The notes under the pieces were generated by a model. It was not told where the DNA came from. It searched no databases and worked only from the letters and a program-made list of their open reading frames with translations. DNA of 62,155 nucleotides, filler included, from Sphacelaria rigidula (Eukaryota), in assembly GCA_964200075.2 (NCBI GenBank). It is 11 parts of 11 records of this genome, joined end to end, with 100 filler letters (N's around TTAATTAATTAA, not from the genome) between each part and the next. Parts side by side here need not be neighbours in the genome. Positions count along the whole stretch, not along the records: positions 33,961 to 39,519 come from CAXNAA020026334.1; positions 39,620 to 45,178 come from CAXNAA020026335.1; positions 45,279 to 50,837 come from CAXNAA020026336.1; positions 50,938 to 56,496 come from CAXNAA020026337.1; 7 more parts are not named here. One strand, written 5' to 3'. A program made the position numbers and the translations under genes. Positions 37,521-51,089 of the stretch are shown here, one piece after another (positions within the stretch are counted from its first letter, which is position 1; each line of letters opens with the position of its first letter).

Positions 37521-39375
37521 GTTTTATCGTCACCCCCACGGAGGGACCTATGTCACTACAACAGTGGCGACATACAGATGACAGTCCACGGAAACTCTAA
37601 ACTGGCTTCACGGGGTTGATAGAGAAGGACTGCACGAATAATCGCAGAAGTACATGTTCACGGGATCGTCAACATAAATCAGCTTCACATACATTCCCAG
37701 AGAGTGCATAAAGGAGTATTCACAGCTGCCCGTTCTGCGGAAGCCCTTCGGCACGCGATAAAATCGTCTACGGCCTTGCTAACTTTCGGCGGCAGCTCAT
37801 ACTCTGTGCTGTACATGTCGATAACGACCTGGGGTTTGATGACCACGACACAACCACCACCAACGTCTATGGCGTGCGTCTTGCGACTTGGTCCTCTGGG
37901 GGCGCAGATGAACCACCCCTGCTCGAGCCACCACTCGAGTCTGGGGTGATCCATCCTGACCGTCTGCAGTGCTGCTCATGTTTCGTGTTTCCACTCAGCG
38001 TCCCGTCCGATCCCAAACTAAGAAACTTTTCAACATTGAATCAAGAGTTACGTGCAGTTTTGAATGAAGGAGTTGGGTGGGTTGATCGACAGGAAGTACA
38101 TGTTCAGGTTATGAGATTGTGTTTGGATGGAACCAATATCCGTATCTTTCCAAGGTTTATACCTGCGCTCATACTTGCAATCGGGTAGATCTGCAGCGGT
38201 ATACCCTACCCCCGGGTAGAGGTATTGGAGGCTTACAGAGCTCACAAAACTGTCGGGTATCGGTACTGGACGAAAGTCTGACGGAAATTACAGAACTCGT
38301 CGGGTACGGTATCTGAGGCTGACAGGAAACCGGTACCGGCAATCGGGTATTTCTTGAAGAGCATACCCGCGCTCCGGGTACGGGTAAACATTTCGTACAG
38401 AACTCACACAACTATCGGGTAAGGGTATGGGAGGCTTACAGAACTCGCAGAAACCGTCGGGTAGGGTGCGTCGCAAGAGTTGATTTTTGAAGTCTGCCAA
38501 CGCACACGTTGCCGAGAGCACCCTCTGCTCCCCCCTTGGCCGGGGCTCATCGATATGCCTTCGGTTGGAGTCGGGTTTAACGCTTGGACCGTGGTGCGCG
38601 GAGTTTATCTGGATCACGCATACTTTTTTCAAGTGAATACTGATGCCGATTCGGCAGGTGACCTACCCTCGCTGTCAAACGGTCAAGGTCAGCTTTATTT
38701 CAACGCTACAAATTTCCGAGAACGTGTTTGCAAAAGTCATACTAGGGAGTGGAAAACCGCGCTCGTCGTATGAGCCCTTACAAGCATCTTCGGAGCGTAA
38801 ACGATCCCGATTCTAGAGGTGACCCACCCTCGCGGTCAAGAGATAGAAGGGTGAAATCAACCCTCTGAGGCTTGAGGTGTCAAATTGTCTCCATATATGC
38901 CCGCTGCAGATTTCTTGTGATCAGGGTTTCGTGCACCCGTTAAATCTGACCTCAGTAAATAACCCCAGAAATACCCTGCAAGGGGTCAATCACATCACCC
39001 TGGGAGGCACCGACCCTCCTCAGGTTTACCCTAGCTGGATCACTGCACGTACATGAAAACCAACATCTGCTTGCGTCAAACAGTTACCGGCGGGTCAGAT
39101 GTCGGGGAGTACAATATAGCATATATATCATGTTGCCTGTGGAAGTGGCGCTTTTCAAAGAGAAGGAACTCATTACGAGTAATGGCGTCAGGGTTAGCTG
39201 TGTGTGGAAGACGAGTCGGTTATACTGTTCCGAAATAACGCCTGGCTTCTCAGGACCAATCTCCGGTTGGTGATGGTTTCGTCTGGGTGAATACCTTGAA
39301 CCGTCCGTACATCGGCATCATACGCGTATATAATGCGCACCACACGTGGACATGAACGCCGTCAGACATGTGCTG

Positions 39376-39519
39376 GGGAGGGGGGGTGTACTCACGATCA
39401 TGATCACGCACGCCACGGTCATAAGACCATCGACCTCGCTTCCCTACAAAGCCGGGACGGAGCACGCCGGGTTTTCGCCGGACCAGGCTCGCACTCAATC
39501 ACCAAGCGCGAAGCGCCGT
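39376..39519 (+). repeat. Repeat end 'A' (GGGGGGTGTACTCA...AAAGCCGGGACGGAGCACGCCGGG)
   Basis: Matches 16680-16810 and 22641-22707 (both reversed) and 45026-45100; runs into the contig end. Confidence 0.85.
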
Positions 39520-40251
39520 NNNNNNNNNNNNNNNNNNNNNNNNNNNNNNNNNNNNNNNNNNNNTTAATTAATTAANNNNNNNNNNNNNNNNNNNNNNNNN
39601 NNNNNNNNNNNNNNNNNNNACACAATCCCGGGGAGCGGTTGATTCTCATTTCAAAATACGTTCTCATTTTTCTGGCAACCCTGTTATTTGTCGGAATTCG
39701 AATTCGTTACCTCCGTCGCCGGAGTCGTCCGTACTGATTGGACCACCGGGGCGCAGCGGTGTCATGCCGTAAGTTGAATGCGCAGCTCAATTTCCGGAGT
39801 TTTGCCCAGATATTATACAACGGTCTTCTGCACGCAAGTTACAAATTACTCGCATGATCAACCATGAATTCCGGTTTTTCATCCCGTTGCAAAAGTATTT
39901 TGTAAATGATGAAATATCGAATCGCTCTAGCTTCCGTGCTGTTTACATTGTTACTTCGGCGGCATTCGCGTACAAGTAATGTGAATGCCGTATCAATCTT
40001 CCAGCTCCTAACTCCTACAATTAAGGTGCACATAACTGTTCAAGCGCCCACACGAAACCTTGGCTGGCCCAGTTCGAGGCATTCTGTAGAATGTTGGTGG
40101 GTCACGACGTGAACGCTCACCGGAAGTCAAGTTGGCATATTCGAAGGCAGCGTTCTCTTGGTCGTTAAACTATGCCGTGATCTACTCATCCAGCGTCTGG
40201 GGGTAGAGCACCGGGGATGGTTGTGTGAGTATAAGTAATGATATCAAGAAC

Positions 40252-40506
40252 GACACTTTCTACGATAGTCCCCCCCCCAAAAGTGCATGGTTGTGGGAGG
40301 CAAACTCTTTACCTAAATCGAAATGGGAAAGGCCGAGCTCAACGAAAAGTTGGGAATTCCCACGCTTGCGTTCAGTCTGGCCAATGTCGCCAGTATGAGG
40401 CGCTTTATGCAGCCTAAACCCGAACATCAGGCGCTGTATGATCATTTTCTTCGTGACACTTTTAGCTGGGTTTTTTTTTTGGGGGGGGGCTATCGTAGAA
40501 AGTGTC
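40252..40506. mobile_element. MITE, GAC-terminal family, copy 2
   Basis: TIR gacactttctacgatag / ctatcgtagaaagtgtc; perfect TSD GAAC at 40248-40251 and 40507-40510. Confidence 0.9.
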
Positions 40507-40778
40507 GAACATGTTACGTTATTGAGAAGAATATAATTGGAGTATCGTCTGTTGTGAGTAATAGCACCATCCGCCGGAATATTTCCTCTTTTCTTGACGA
40601 GTCTTGCTTAGCAAGCACGTATGTTGCATATTCGTTTACCTTTAGTACAGCTTTACCTTCCGACCAAGGCTGGGTTCGTAGTGTCGGATCAGCACGTAAA
40701 GGATGGCCGGTCACTCGAATAATGCCTACAGATCGAGGCGCCTTAAATGTAGCAGAATATAATCCTTGCACACATTTT

Positions 40779-40814
<36 letters not shown>

Positions 40815-41025
40815 TTGATGGGTTGGTTTATTCATCCACCCATTCGTTTGTTCATTCATTCATTCATTCGTTCATTCAGTCGTTGATTCGTTAATTCGTT
40901 CACTCATTCGTTCATTCATTCATTCGTTCATACATTCGTTCATACATTCATTCATTCATTCCTTCAGCCGTCCACCCGTTCATTCAGTCATTCCTACATT
41001 AGTCCGCCCAACCATTCATTCCTTC
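40779..41025. repeat. (CTGG)n and degenerate (TTCA)n microsatellites
   Basis: Read directly from the sequence. Confidence 0.92.
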
Positions 41026-41359
41026 AGACTAATTGACTGGTTGTTGCACATTGGCTGATCCTCGCGAGGATCGAGCTGTGGTCACAAATGGGTGCAATGA
41101 AGGTATACAAAACGGAAGCACTCTCCGAAGTAACTCGAGAAAGAGAAAAGACGAAGAAAAACCTTTGGAGAAGTGAACCGAGCAAAACCGGGGAACAGAC
41201 AAGAATAAAGGAATGGAAAAGAGGGGGGGAATGTGAAACGCGAGGAAAGGAAAAGAAAGGCGAGCAGAGGAGGATGGACGGTCCCGATGAAGATACTCAC
41301 AATGATGAGAAAAACACGTGAGAGAGAATGATAGCCAAGGGAGGATAAATTGTCAGTCT

Positions 41360-41606
41360 GAGTAATGGTACGGTAGGGGTTCACATTTTTCGCAAAATCG
41401 TTTCCGGTTCAGAGGCTCCTAACGGTTCTAGAGGCACAAGAATGTTGGTCAGGGCACCCCCGTTTGCAAATTCATTAAGGATATTCGTATCACATTTGAA
41501 TAGTATACTCTCACTTATTTCGTAACCCTTGTTTTGGATGGGAAAAAAGGTTCCCAACGATTCTAATACCAGAAAGTATTTGTGCACCCCTACCGTAGCA
41601 TTACTC
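41360..41606. mobile_element. Sola2-like MITE (GAG...CTC ends), copy 3; a truncated fourth copy lies at 44029-44100
   Basis: TIR gagtaatggtacggtaggggttcac / gtgcacccctaccgtagcattactc; TSD GTCT on both sides. Confidence 0.9.
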
Positions 41607-42025
41607 GTCTGCAAAATTGGCTGAAGTGAAAATGGCGTGGAAACACAAGGTGCCGCGAAAACAAACTGTCGTCGAAGTTACTTTTTACAAGAGGGAGGGC
41701 ACACTAACAAGAAGATTAAAAAAAAAGGCGAAGGGCAGAAATGTAACATGAAACAAGGAACACGCAGCACATGTTTACGAACGAAGCCAGGAATATTGAC
41801 GAGGTCGCAAGCCAATGAAATAACTCACGAGTCGAACAGATCACTCAGGGGTAGATCACTTTCTCGTTACCACCACTGTCGTATCAGGGAAAATTAAAAA
41901 ACAAAATGAAACGGTAGTGCAGAATATCACGAAGCCGAACACGTCAACCATTACCCATACAGTACTCTTGATCGGATGTGTATAGACCGTGCAATCGCGC
42001 ACACTGTTCATATTGTTTTCCTTCA

Positions 42026-42260
42026 GAGGCATCCTACGATAGGGGGGGGGGGGGCTATTTTGGGCCATTTGTTGCTCGAAATTTCGAGTCAAATCGTCGT
42101 TGAAAGCAGCAACGGTTGTTCGAAAAAGCTTTTTTGGGNNNNNNNNNNCTTTTGGAACCGAATACAAGCCTCACGCAACTGTGGAAGGGTGTCTGACACA
42201 CTTATGTGCCTCGTTTTTCCTGCAACCAAATCCCCCCCCCCCCCTATCGTAGGATGACTC
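42026..42260. mobile_element. Sola2-like MITE, second GAG-terminal family
   Basis: TIR gag(g/t)catcctacgataggggggg; TSD TTCA at 42022-42025 and 42261-42264. Confidence 0.88.
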
Positions 42261-45200
42261 TTCACACCCCTCCACCCTCCCTGCACGCACGTACTAGTGA
42301 TGAGTATGGCATCCCAACACAACAACAGTATCTAACATCGTGAAATACTACGGAATATAAAATACCATATACTGTATCCATATCGCGAATGTTTTACCCT
42401 TTTTATTTTACATCGTATTCTGTCAATTTTCTCTCGACACCCACCACTGGATCTTACCCCGGTGGGGAAGTCCTCTCCTTCGCCTGTGTATCGCTGGCAT
42501 GTATCGCGAGAGCGGAACGTGTCAGTGACGGAGCCCGGAGATGTCGCGTAGTTTAGCTCCTGTGAGAGTAGGGAAGTGCGCAAGTTATAAGTGTTTACGA
42601 AATAACACGGTTTGGGGGAAACGCGGTTGTACTGGATTTAGTTTGCAAGAAAGTAGTGCAGCTTGAAACAGCGGTCGCGTATTCATGCAGTAGAACCGTA
42701 GTACAGTATTTCCACTCCTTGCCGTGATACACAAAGCCAACCAGAAGACGGGCCGGACACCAAAGCGGGGAAAGCTTGCGACCACTTTGTCCGGTGATAA
42801 AAGCGACACGATGGAAGTAACAACATTAAATAACTGAACAAATGGCGCACTTTGGTGCGATTAATCCTTCGGTCGCTCGCAGATGGATGCCTCACAATGG
42901 CGGTCATTTTTCAGACCGCGACTATTCATCATCCATGAGAAGTTTGCCCCTATTCAGCAGATTGGCACACCCAAGGAGTCACAGCCCTGGCGACAAACAG
43001 GTGGGCATTTCGCTCTCGCCGCAGGGTACATGAAGGCAGCTTTCTAGAGAGTTTTCAAGAATGCTGTTTTGTCACATCAGAATGCAAACATCTCAAGAGC
43101 AGGGTGTAACGAAGTGTTATTTCCCCCTCCGTCAAATGTGGTATCACCTTAACTTTTTTTCGGTAAGGTGTTTCTTTTTATTCTGCACTCTGATCCTGAG
43201 ATGCACTCTGAAATGACCATAGTGCCTTTCCCGAAGCGTTTCCCGTGTGGAGGGTCACCAAAGGGCGTTCTATACCTTGTAGTGGGTAGCCATCTGTGCA
43301 ATTCTTGATAGATTAACATGCTCGATTGGGTTGTCGAATCGAACCGTGGTCACAAGGTGGACGTGACTCGTGGTGAGCAAACGGAAGAATATATTGAGAA
43401 AATTTGACGGACGGCCGAGGTTCAACTGCGACTTAATGGGTGGCGGATCAGCTCCCTAATCTAATCCGAGACAACATAAAACAAAACAAGAAATTCGCGA
43501 GATGTTTTTCTCTCGGTCAACAGTTTTATCTGAAGAACGTTGACCAGAAACGTGTACATAGTTCAGACTAACGTCAGGGGTAGACAGCCATTGGGGCCAG
43601 GCCTTTCCGTTGGTAACAGTGCCGGCTTCAGGAAGGTACGCGTTGATCGTCGTCTGCGCGGCATAGAAAGAGTGAAGAAAAGAGAGAGAGGGAGGAAGAA
43701 GTAGAATCATGACAGAAAAAAGACACAAAGCGAGATATCATGTTGTATCTTTATACCGCCTGGATTTTGGAACAGACAATGCATACAAAAGTGAATAAAG
43801 GAACCCCGAAGGAGAGCGAGAGGAACGGTGGATAAGCAACTGAAACGCGAACGCCCGGGTATGCGCTCTACGTGAAATAGAACAGTAGCACCCCTGGGTG
43901 ACAAGTATTCAGATTCAAAGGTCAAACCCTGAGGGTGGTGTTCGAGGTACCCCGATAGTGTTCAGTGAGACGATGTGTATCGAGCAACGGTATGCACACA
44001 CTGCGTTTTGATTCCCGTCGGTGAATCTGAGTGATGCTACGGTAGAGGTGCACATATATTTTCTGGGGTTAGAATTGTTAGGAGTTCTTCTCTCATACCA
44101 TCTCAAACCGGTGTCTGTCGGATATGAGGCATCTGACTGTTGGTATTACTTATTGCTGGCGCATTGATTCGAGGATAAACCCTCGAGCGTTTGTTGGCGG
44201 GATGGTGCGGAGTGTTGATGGTTGATGAGTTATCTTTTTCGTCAATCGCTCAAGCGTCTTGCTTGGGTTATCACCATGGAATCTACGGCCTTTCTTTGTT
44301 CGTGAGCAAGCTCACCAAGTTCCATGTTTATCGTCTTCTATACAGAACAACCAACACTTGAGTAAAAACTGGATGAAGCTCTTCATTAGGGAACGGAATC
44401 AAGCCCTTCATTAAGAAACCCGACTCAACCCTTTCATCAGGTGTTTGGGTTCCTTCACCAGGACTTTCTCTTGCAGCCTTTGGGTGCCCCAGTCCCCGCC
44501 AGGGCAGACAATGAAGCAGACATACATGTAAGTGACGGTTCGACCCAGCGGGTGCATATTACCCTTTGTTTCGCCCCGATTCCATTTGTTTGCCATACCG
44601 TGGAGTGCGCCACAAGTTGAGTTGTGCCTCAATTTGCTAAAAACAACATTACAGACGAGATGAGGCCGTGTTCGATTTGACTCCGGGGACAAACTAGGAT
44701 ACCATTCTCAACAAGGGATGTTACAAATTCCCGATGGATTTTCTCTTGAGGATGATTGTTGAGAACTTTCAAAAGCATCGAAATAGTTTCGAAACAAAAT
44801 TCAAATGCTCTCTACGGTTGTGATATGTGGTCTTTGCTGATTCCTCAACATCAATATTCCGCGATTTGAAACACCCTTAAGGTATAACGAAACATTTTGG
44901 CCGCCGATCATTCCTGTATACAACTGTTTCACGTATCACAATCCCCTGGTAACACGATGCTGTGAATTGTTTCTTAGGGAACTCAATAATCGTGACGTGA
45001 GTATCGTTATGTGGTGTGGAGAGGGACGGGGTGTACTCATGACCTTGCATGCTAAGATCATTAAACTCGTATCCCTCCAAAGCCGGGACGGAGAATGCCG
45101 GCGAAAGGAAGTGACGAGGGGGGGCGGAGGGGGGCATACTCATTTGTTGCTTGCCTTAGTCGTGTGACCATTGACCACNNNNNNNNNNNNNNNNNNNNNN

Positions 45201-46114
45201 NNNNNNNNNNNNNNNNNNNNNNTTAATTAATTAANNNNNNNNNNNNNNNNNNNNNNNNNNNNNNNNNNNNNNNNNNNNAGGTTGGACCTGATGAAATGCT
45301 TGTTTTCCGTGATCTTGCAGCAATGCAGTACTTGACGCTACATCCATGTTGCTGGCGAACACGCTGCTAGCGCTGTATAGAAACACGAGAAGATAAAACC
45401 AACGTTAGCATACGGCCAAAAAACAAGCAGCCGTATGCTCGTTCGACTCCTATAGAATTACTGTACTATAGATCACAGACCACCTGTTTGGGAACTATAC
45501 AGAACGGTCTGCTCTTGAGATTTCTAACCTTGGTTTACAAAGCATGTGAACCACAGGCTGCACCAACAGAGACGCTGTGAACTGTGATCAATATCTTGCG
45601 TCATTACAACAGTCCATCAGAATCTACAGTTGTGTGTACTTTTGTCAACCTCTCGGTTGTGAGAAACGGGAAAGAGTTCATCAAACCAAGAGCCCTCGCG
45701 AACATGAAAAAACACGCGCATACGCTAAACAGACTTGGCACCACGGTACCCATCCTAGATCACCACCACCCAAGGAAGCCGCGTGCATGTCATGACTTGA
45801 AAAGGGGTACATTGACTTCACACCGCACCAGCTTCCCAGCTCTCACCAAAGTGTGCTAGAGTAGCGGGAGCTCAACAGCAACGATAACTACCGGCGAGGC
45901 TGGGCGAGGAAAAAAACGACTGCTCTCTTTCTCTCTCTCACACACACACATCAGTCAACAAAAACAAAGTCGAATAAGACGCGATCATGAAAAAACTTGA
46001 AACACATTATGCTTTCATATATAGATGTATATAAATATGCATTCTGCACAACGGGCACTAAAAACGCCTGAAACTTTGATCCCCCTAACAACCGCAACGA
46101 CAAAAACAAAATCG

Positions 46115-49100
46115 TCACGCCTTCGGAGGGGGAGGGGGCGGCTGCGGCTCCCGTCGTCTCTCCGCCTCCCTCTGCTCGGCCTCCCGCAACACCTTCGCGA
46201 TGTCATCGCGCTTAGTGAGCTGCACACCCTTAATCCCAGCCTCGTCTGGCAAATCCGGGACCGCTCCGGCCTTGAGCAAGAACTTCACCACCTCCAACCT
46301 GTCGTTCTGGCAGGCTAGGTGCAAGGGCGTCGTGTAGAAGAGGTTGCGCTGGTTCACGTTCACCCCATTTTTCACGAGTCGCTCGACCGTAGCTAAGCAA
46401 CCCGAGCGTGCGGCTGTCGTGTGGAGAAAAGAGGAAAAACAAGAAGCGAGGCATGTGTGAGTACAGGGCAAGGGGGAATGAAAAGGGTGTGTAATCATGG
46501 CGGCCACGTGAAGCCCCGCTAATAGGCATGCGTAAAAAAACAGGTGTATGTATATATATGCTTTTGTGTGTTACTTCATGTGAGAATATGTAGTCAAGTC
46601 AGAAGGATACGGCGGATGAATGAAAAAGATAGATGTGCCTCAAAACCCACTCCCTAAGAAAGGTCGTGTACGTGGTGTACTTCGATCGGATTGGTTGATG
46701 TACGCACAAGTTTGTAGTGTACGCAGAGCGCATGAGATTTTTTTTCTACCTCTCTGTAGCCGTCGAAAGCGTCTAAAAACATGTCGAAAAATGTGGAAAA
46801 CGTGCGGCGCAGTTTTTACACCCCCGAACTCACATCCCCTATATCTCGGGGCGGAGTGATACGCTGGGTTGACGCGTTTCAAGGCCTGTCGAGATGTAAC
46901 TCTTGTGAAAGGGACAACGTCAGCAACTGAGCTCACCGAGGTGAAGAGCGACATACTGTAACTCGGCGCTCTTCTTGGTCAAGCTCGCGCCGTGGTCGAT
47001 GAGCAGGGCAGCAACGTCGCTCCACTTGTAGTTACAGGCATAGTGCAGTGCGGTCCCTAGAAAGAACGGTACACAAGTTGTGAATTGGGCAGAAAAGTTA
47101 ATGAACAGAAAAAAAATACAAGGTTCGTGCGGATCTCTACCACTGTAGGATGCAAGAAGGAGAAGGAGAAGAACAAAAAAAAACGCCACCCTGTAGATCA
47201 CACAAGAAGGAAAACCACGATGAAAATAGACTCACTACCACTTCTCACGCCAGTATACATATACAGTACAGCTGAATATCCGCCATGCACACGATAGTAC
47301 ATACACGAGTATCCAGAACTTCCCTGGGAGGGGGAAGGGAGGAGAAGACTGATAGTCTCATACCCACAACAGACGTAATACTACGTGAACGTACGTCAGA
47401 CTGTTCGGGACGAGTCTCCCTCAGTGTCTCACATGATCCAAAGTCAAGGGCATCCACATCGACGCCTTCCACCTCTGACAGCAGCATCTTAGTAACCTTA
47501 CGGCTGCCGTAAAACGCAGCGACATGCAGAGGCGTCATCTTGTACGCCGTCCGAGCTTCCGAGTTCGCGTGAAGCGAAAGTAAGTAGGAAGCAATGTCGG
47601 GGTGGTCGCCTGTTCCCACCGAGGATGGATTTTTTTCGAGCCAACACACGATCCGGCGATTTACTTGTTAGGGACTGAACACAGAACGGGCACCATTAGG
47701 GTCAAATCATGCCACCAGTAATCCTGGATTAGGCGGGTCGTGTACGAAGCTACATCGAGGTTGAAAACTACGCTGAGTGTTTTTTATCGACCCTACTTCC
47801 CGTTCTCCTTATATTCGACACTGAATGATGACCAGAAGATACCAAAATAGTGCAAATCGTAAACAATCGACATGATCATATTAATGAACACCATTATGAA
47901 ACCAGACTTCGAGTAGAGGAAGACATTAGGGGGGGGAGGGGGCAGAAGGATGAGCCGGCAGCAAACACTTGCTTTTCGTGTCAGAGGAATAAATCACAGA
48001 ACGAACGAACCTGGGAAATCTGTTGCAAACACGCACCTTTGGCAGCGCAGTGCAGAGGCGTTCGCTGCAGCATTGCGCACATAAGGGAGACGTACGTGAA
48101 GCAGCAGCGGTGGCCGGGAAGAAGGAAGTCCAGGAGCGCAGCAGTGACAAAGCAAAACACCCGGACGAGGACACCGTGGAGAAGGGGGCGTCCTCAATCA
48201 TGAGACACCATCAAGACATTTCCGCTCGACAAAGAATCCGTCAACCAGCAGGCTGTCTGTCAATGTACATGAAAAGGAGGAAACGTCATGTGCGTTGCGC
48301 CTACCTATACCACATGTACCTGTTCCAAAACTCACGTTTTTGGGTCCTCTGGCGTCGACCTTGTCTGGGTACATCTCCAACAGAGCCTTTACCTTTTCAA
48401 AGTCTCCGGCCATGCAGGCTTCGTGCAGTTCGTACTTACCCTGCGTATTGGCACGTTTCAGGCGGCATTTTTTGTTTAGTTGTAAGGCGATGGACACAAG
48501 GGCAGGAAACACATCCGCGATGGAGATCAGCGTAAGAGCCCTTCACCAAATAAAAACATCTGACTCGGTGGCTGGGGATGAAGCATCAATATGTGAGCCA
48601 CTGGAGGTTGCGATGACCCCCCGTCTTCCTTGTTTTTCTTCGTTTCTTCTCCGGTGCCTAGCTCTTCTTTTCCCATCATTCCCAGCCTCAACCATGTCTG
48701 ATTGATGATTTGATTGATCGTCGCACTTTAACTGACCCCCCAGGGGTCCAGCCGTGGTCTCATGATAGTCGTACCCAAGAAAAACGAAACTGAAACACGC
48801 TCTGAGAAAAAGAGGGGACATGGAAAAATATGTATAGTGTCGAACAGAATGGGTATATATAAAGAATATTAAATTAATTCATCAATTAATTATTGTTTGG
48901 GGATGGGATGGTTGGTTGGTTGGTTGGTTCTGTATTTTATTTTTTGGGGAAAGGAAAGACAAAAAATGAGTAAATTAATTAATTAATTAATTATTATTCG
49001 GGGATGGGATGGTTGGTTGGTTGGTTGGTTGTGTATTTTATTTTTTGGAGAAAGGAAAGACAATATATAGCAGACTAAATCGTAACAAAAAAAAGGTAAT

Positions 49101-49230
49101 AAAAAAGTCAACACGAGCAAAGCACAGAAAGAAATAGCCGACCTAAAACAAATATCTGGTCAAGTGAAGGTCAGTAAGACAAGCATGTGCGCACAATACA
49201 CATGTACGCTCGGCGACGCACGTTAGTCAT
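46115..49230 (-). CDS. Ankyrin-repeat protein, ~245 aa; exons 49230-49222, 48440-48336, 48064-48037, 47609-47433, 47056-46937, 46413-46115
   Basis: All introns are GT-AG and phase-consistent. Repeats ELHEAC, TPLHCAA, TPLHVAA, TALHYAC, ALHLAA and TPLHLAC, then a Pro-rich tail. The 9-nt first exon (MTN|gtgcgt) is the least certain. Confidence 0.9.
48870..49062. repeat. Intronic ~100-bp tandem duplication containing (GGTT)n
   Basis: taaattaatt...ggggatgggatggttggtt...aaaggaaagacaa occurs twice. Confidence 0.9.
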
Positions 49231-51089
49231 GTTGTCATTTCTTAGCCCTGGCATACGTGCACGCACAACACAAGATGAACATAGCCCAGCGACTTACGAA
49301 AGCATCACACACTGACACGTTCTGTGCCGCGGTGCTGTTGTAGTATTCACAGCACACAGGAGCATGGCTAACAGAGCACTCGTTGAGCTGGCGCCTAGTA
49401 CACTACCGGGCCACCGACAAGCAAGGTCGTGCCCTCGGCACTTGACGTGCCACCCGATGCAAGACGCCTGTGGCAGTGAAGGAGGTATAGAACATATTAG
49501 CCATCCCTCCGCACATAAAATATAGTGACCTCCACACTGGCGATGATTTTCTGCAACTGGGCCTCCAGGGAAACGGGAAAGTACTCTATATGTGCCTTGA
49601 GCAAGAAGCCCAACCGACACTGAGGCGAGAAAAACCAGTTTTGCGCATTTTGGGGGCAAAAGCTCGAGCGAAAGTACCGAAATTACCTATTTCAATTGAA
49701 ACAAAAATGCTCTGCACATGAGTAGTCTACTCAACGATGGTAATCAGATTCTGCTGAAAAAAAGTATATGTCGGGATTTGAACTCGTGACCTCCGTCCGT
49801 AACCGGAGTCTCCTGCATCAGTTACAGTACACCACCGGGGCGTGGCGGTGTAAAACGAAAAATGGCGAGGTCCGCCGAATTTTAGCACTTTGGAGCCGAA
49901 TTTTTCAAGGACCTTCCGCACGCAAGTTCACCCTTCAACAGCGTGCGCCGCCTCGGGTAAATCTCACAAGCTGACAGTCCAGAGAGATCCGGGGCTTTCT
50001 AGGGGGTGTGTAGGCGGTTTTTGAAAAGGGGGTGGGGGCGTATTCGTTGAACATCCGAAAAGCTCGCCAAGTCGACCATATATGTTCGGAAGCTTCCGAC
50101 GGAAAATTGTGAGTCAGGAACGAGGCCCGAGAGGAGCGTAGTGACCACTCTGACCAATCACGGCTAACAAAATGGTAACTTTGTTTCCCTACAGGTGGAC
50201 TACGTCGCTGTCACTTGCTGTCATTTTGGTCACGACAATCCAGCCGTACATTACATGGGCACGAACAACATGCTTTATACTCTACTAGTGGTCTATGCCA
50301 CCTGCCTGACCTCTCATGCGTTGCTAGCATTGCTTCACACTGTCTGTAGTGTTGTCGTGCAACACAAAGCAGAGATATCAGCAGCATGTAGTAGATAGTG
50401 TCCAGTGGAGAGCGATGGCAAGGTGACTATTCCTTGCCGTTGTATCAAGCGAAGACACATAGCACACGCACTGACTCTGCACGCAATAGACTGCAGGGTC
50501 AGAACCGGTCAGGGGTTCTGTGGGACTTTTTTCTACATGGATGCCCAACATCCACATCTTCGTCGCCGAGTAAGGGTTAGAACATTCTTCACGGAAGAAA
50601 AAAGAGTTTTTCTTTCATCGAGGTATGACGTTTCACTCTATTTTTCTTCCAATTGCCTGACGCCGCTTCTTGTCGTCTGAAAAAAGTCTGAGACAAGTCG
50701 TTTTGGTCAGTCTTCAGAGACGTTTTTCAGAACGCGACCTCATGGGGCCACTTTTCGACCTTATAGGGCAATTTTCATGAAGAAAGCCTCTGGAAATTGG
50801 CCAGAATTTGCAGACAGCGGGATTTTGCCAAATCTCTNNNNNNNNNNNNNNNNNNNNNNNNNNNNNNNNNNNNNNNNNNNNTTAATTAATTAANNNNNNN
50901 NNNNNNNNNNNNNNNNNNNNNNNNNNNNNNNNNNNNNCTGATCCTCCTCTGATTAGTGTGCCTTCACCAACAAGGATCGGGCTTGATAAAGTGGGATAAT
51001 ACGCCGACTATGATGGGCGTACAAACTCCACACTTCCATCGACCTCTCCGACTGGCGCGGCTCCAACAAGCAGAGGGCCCGATTCCCGC

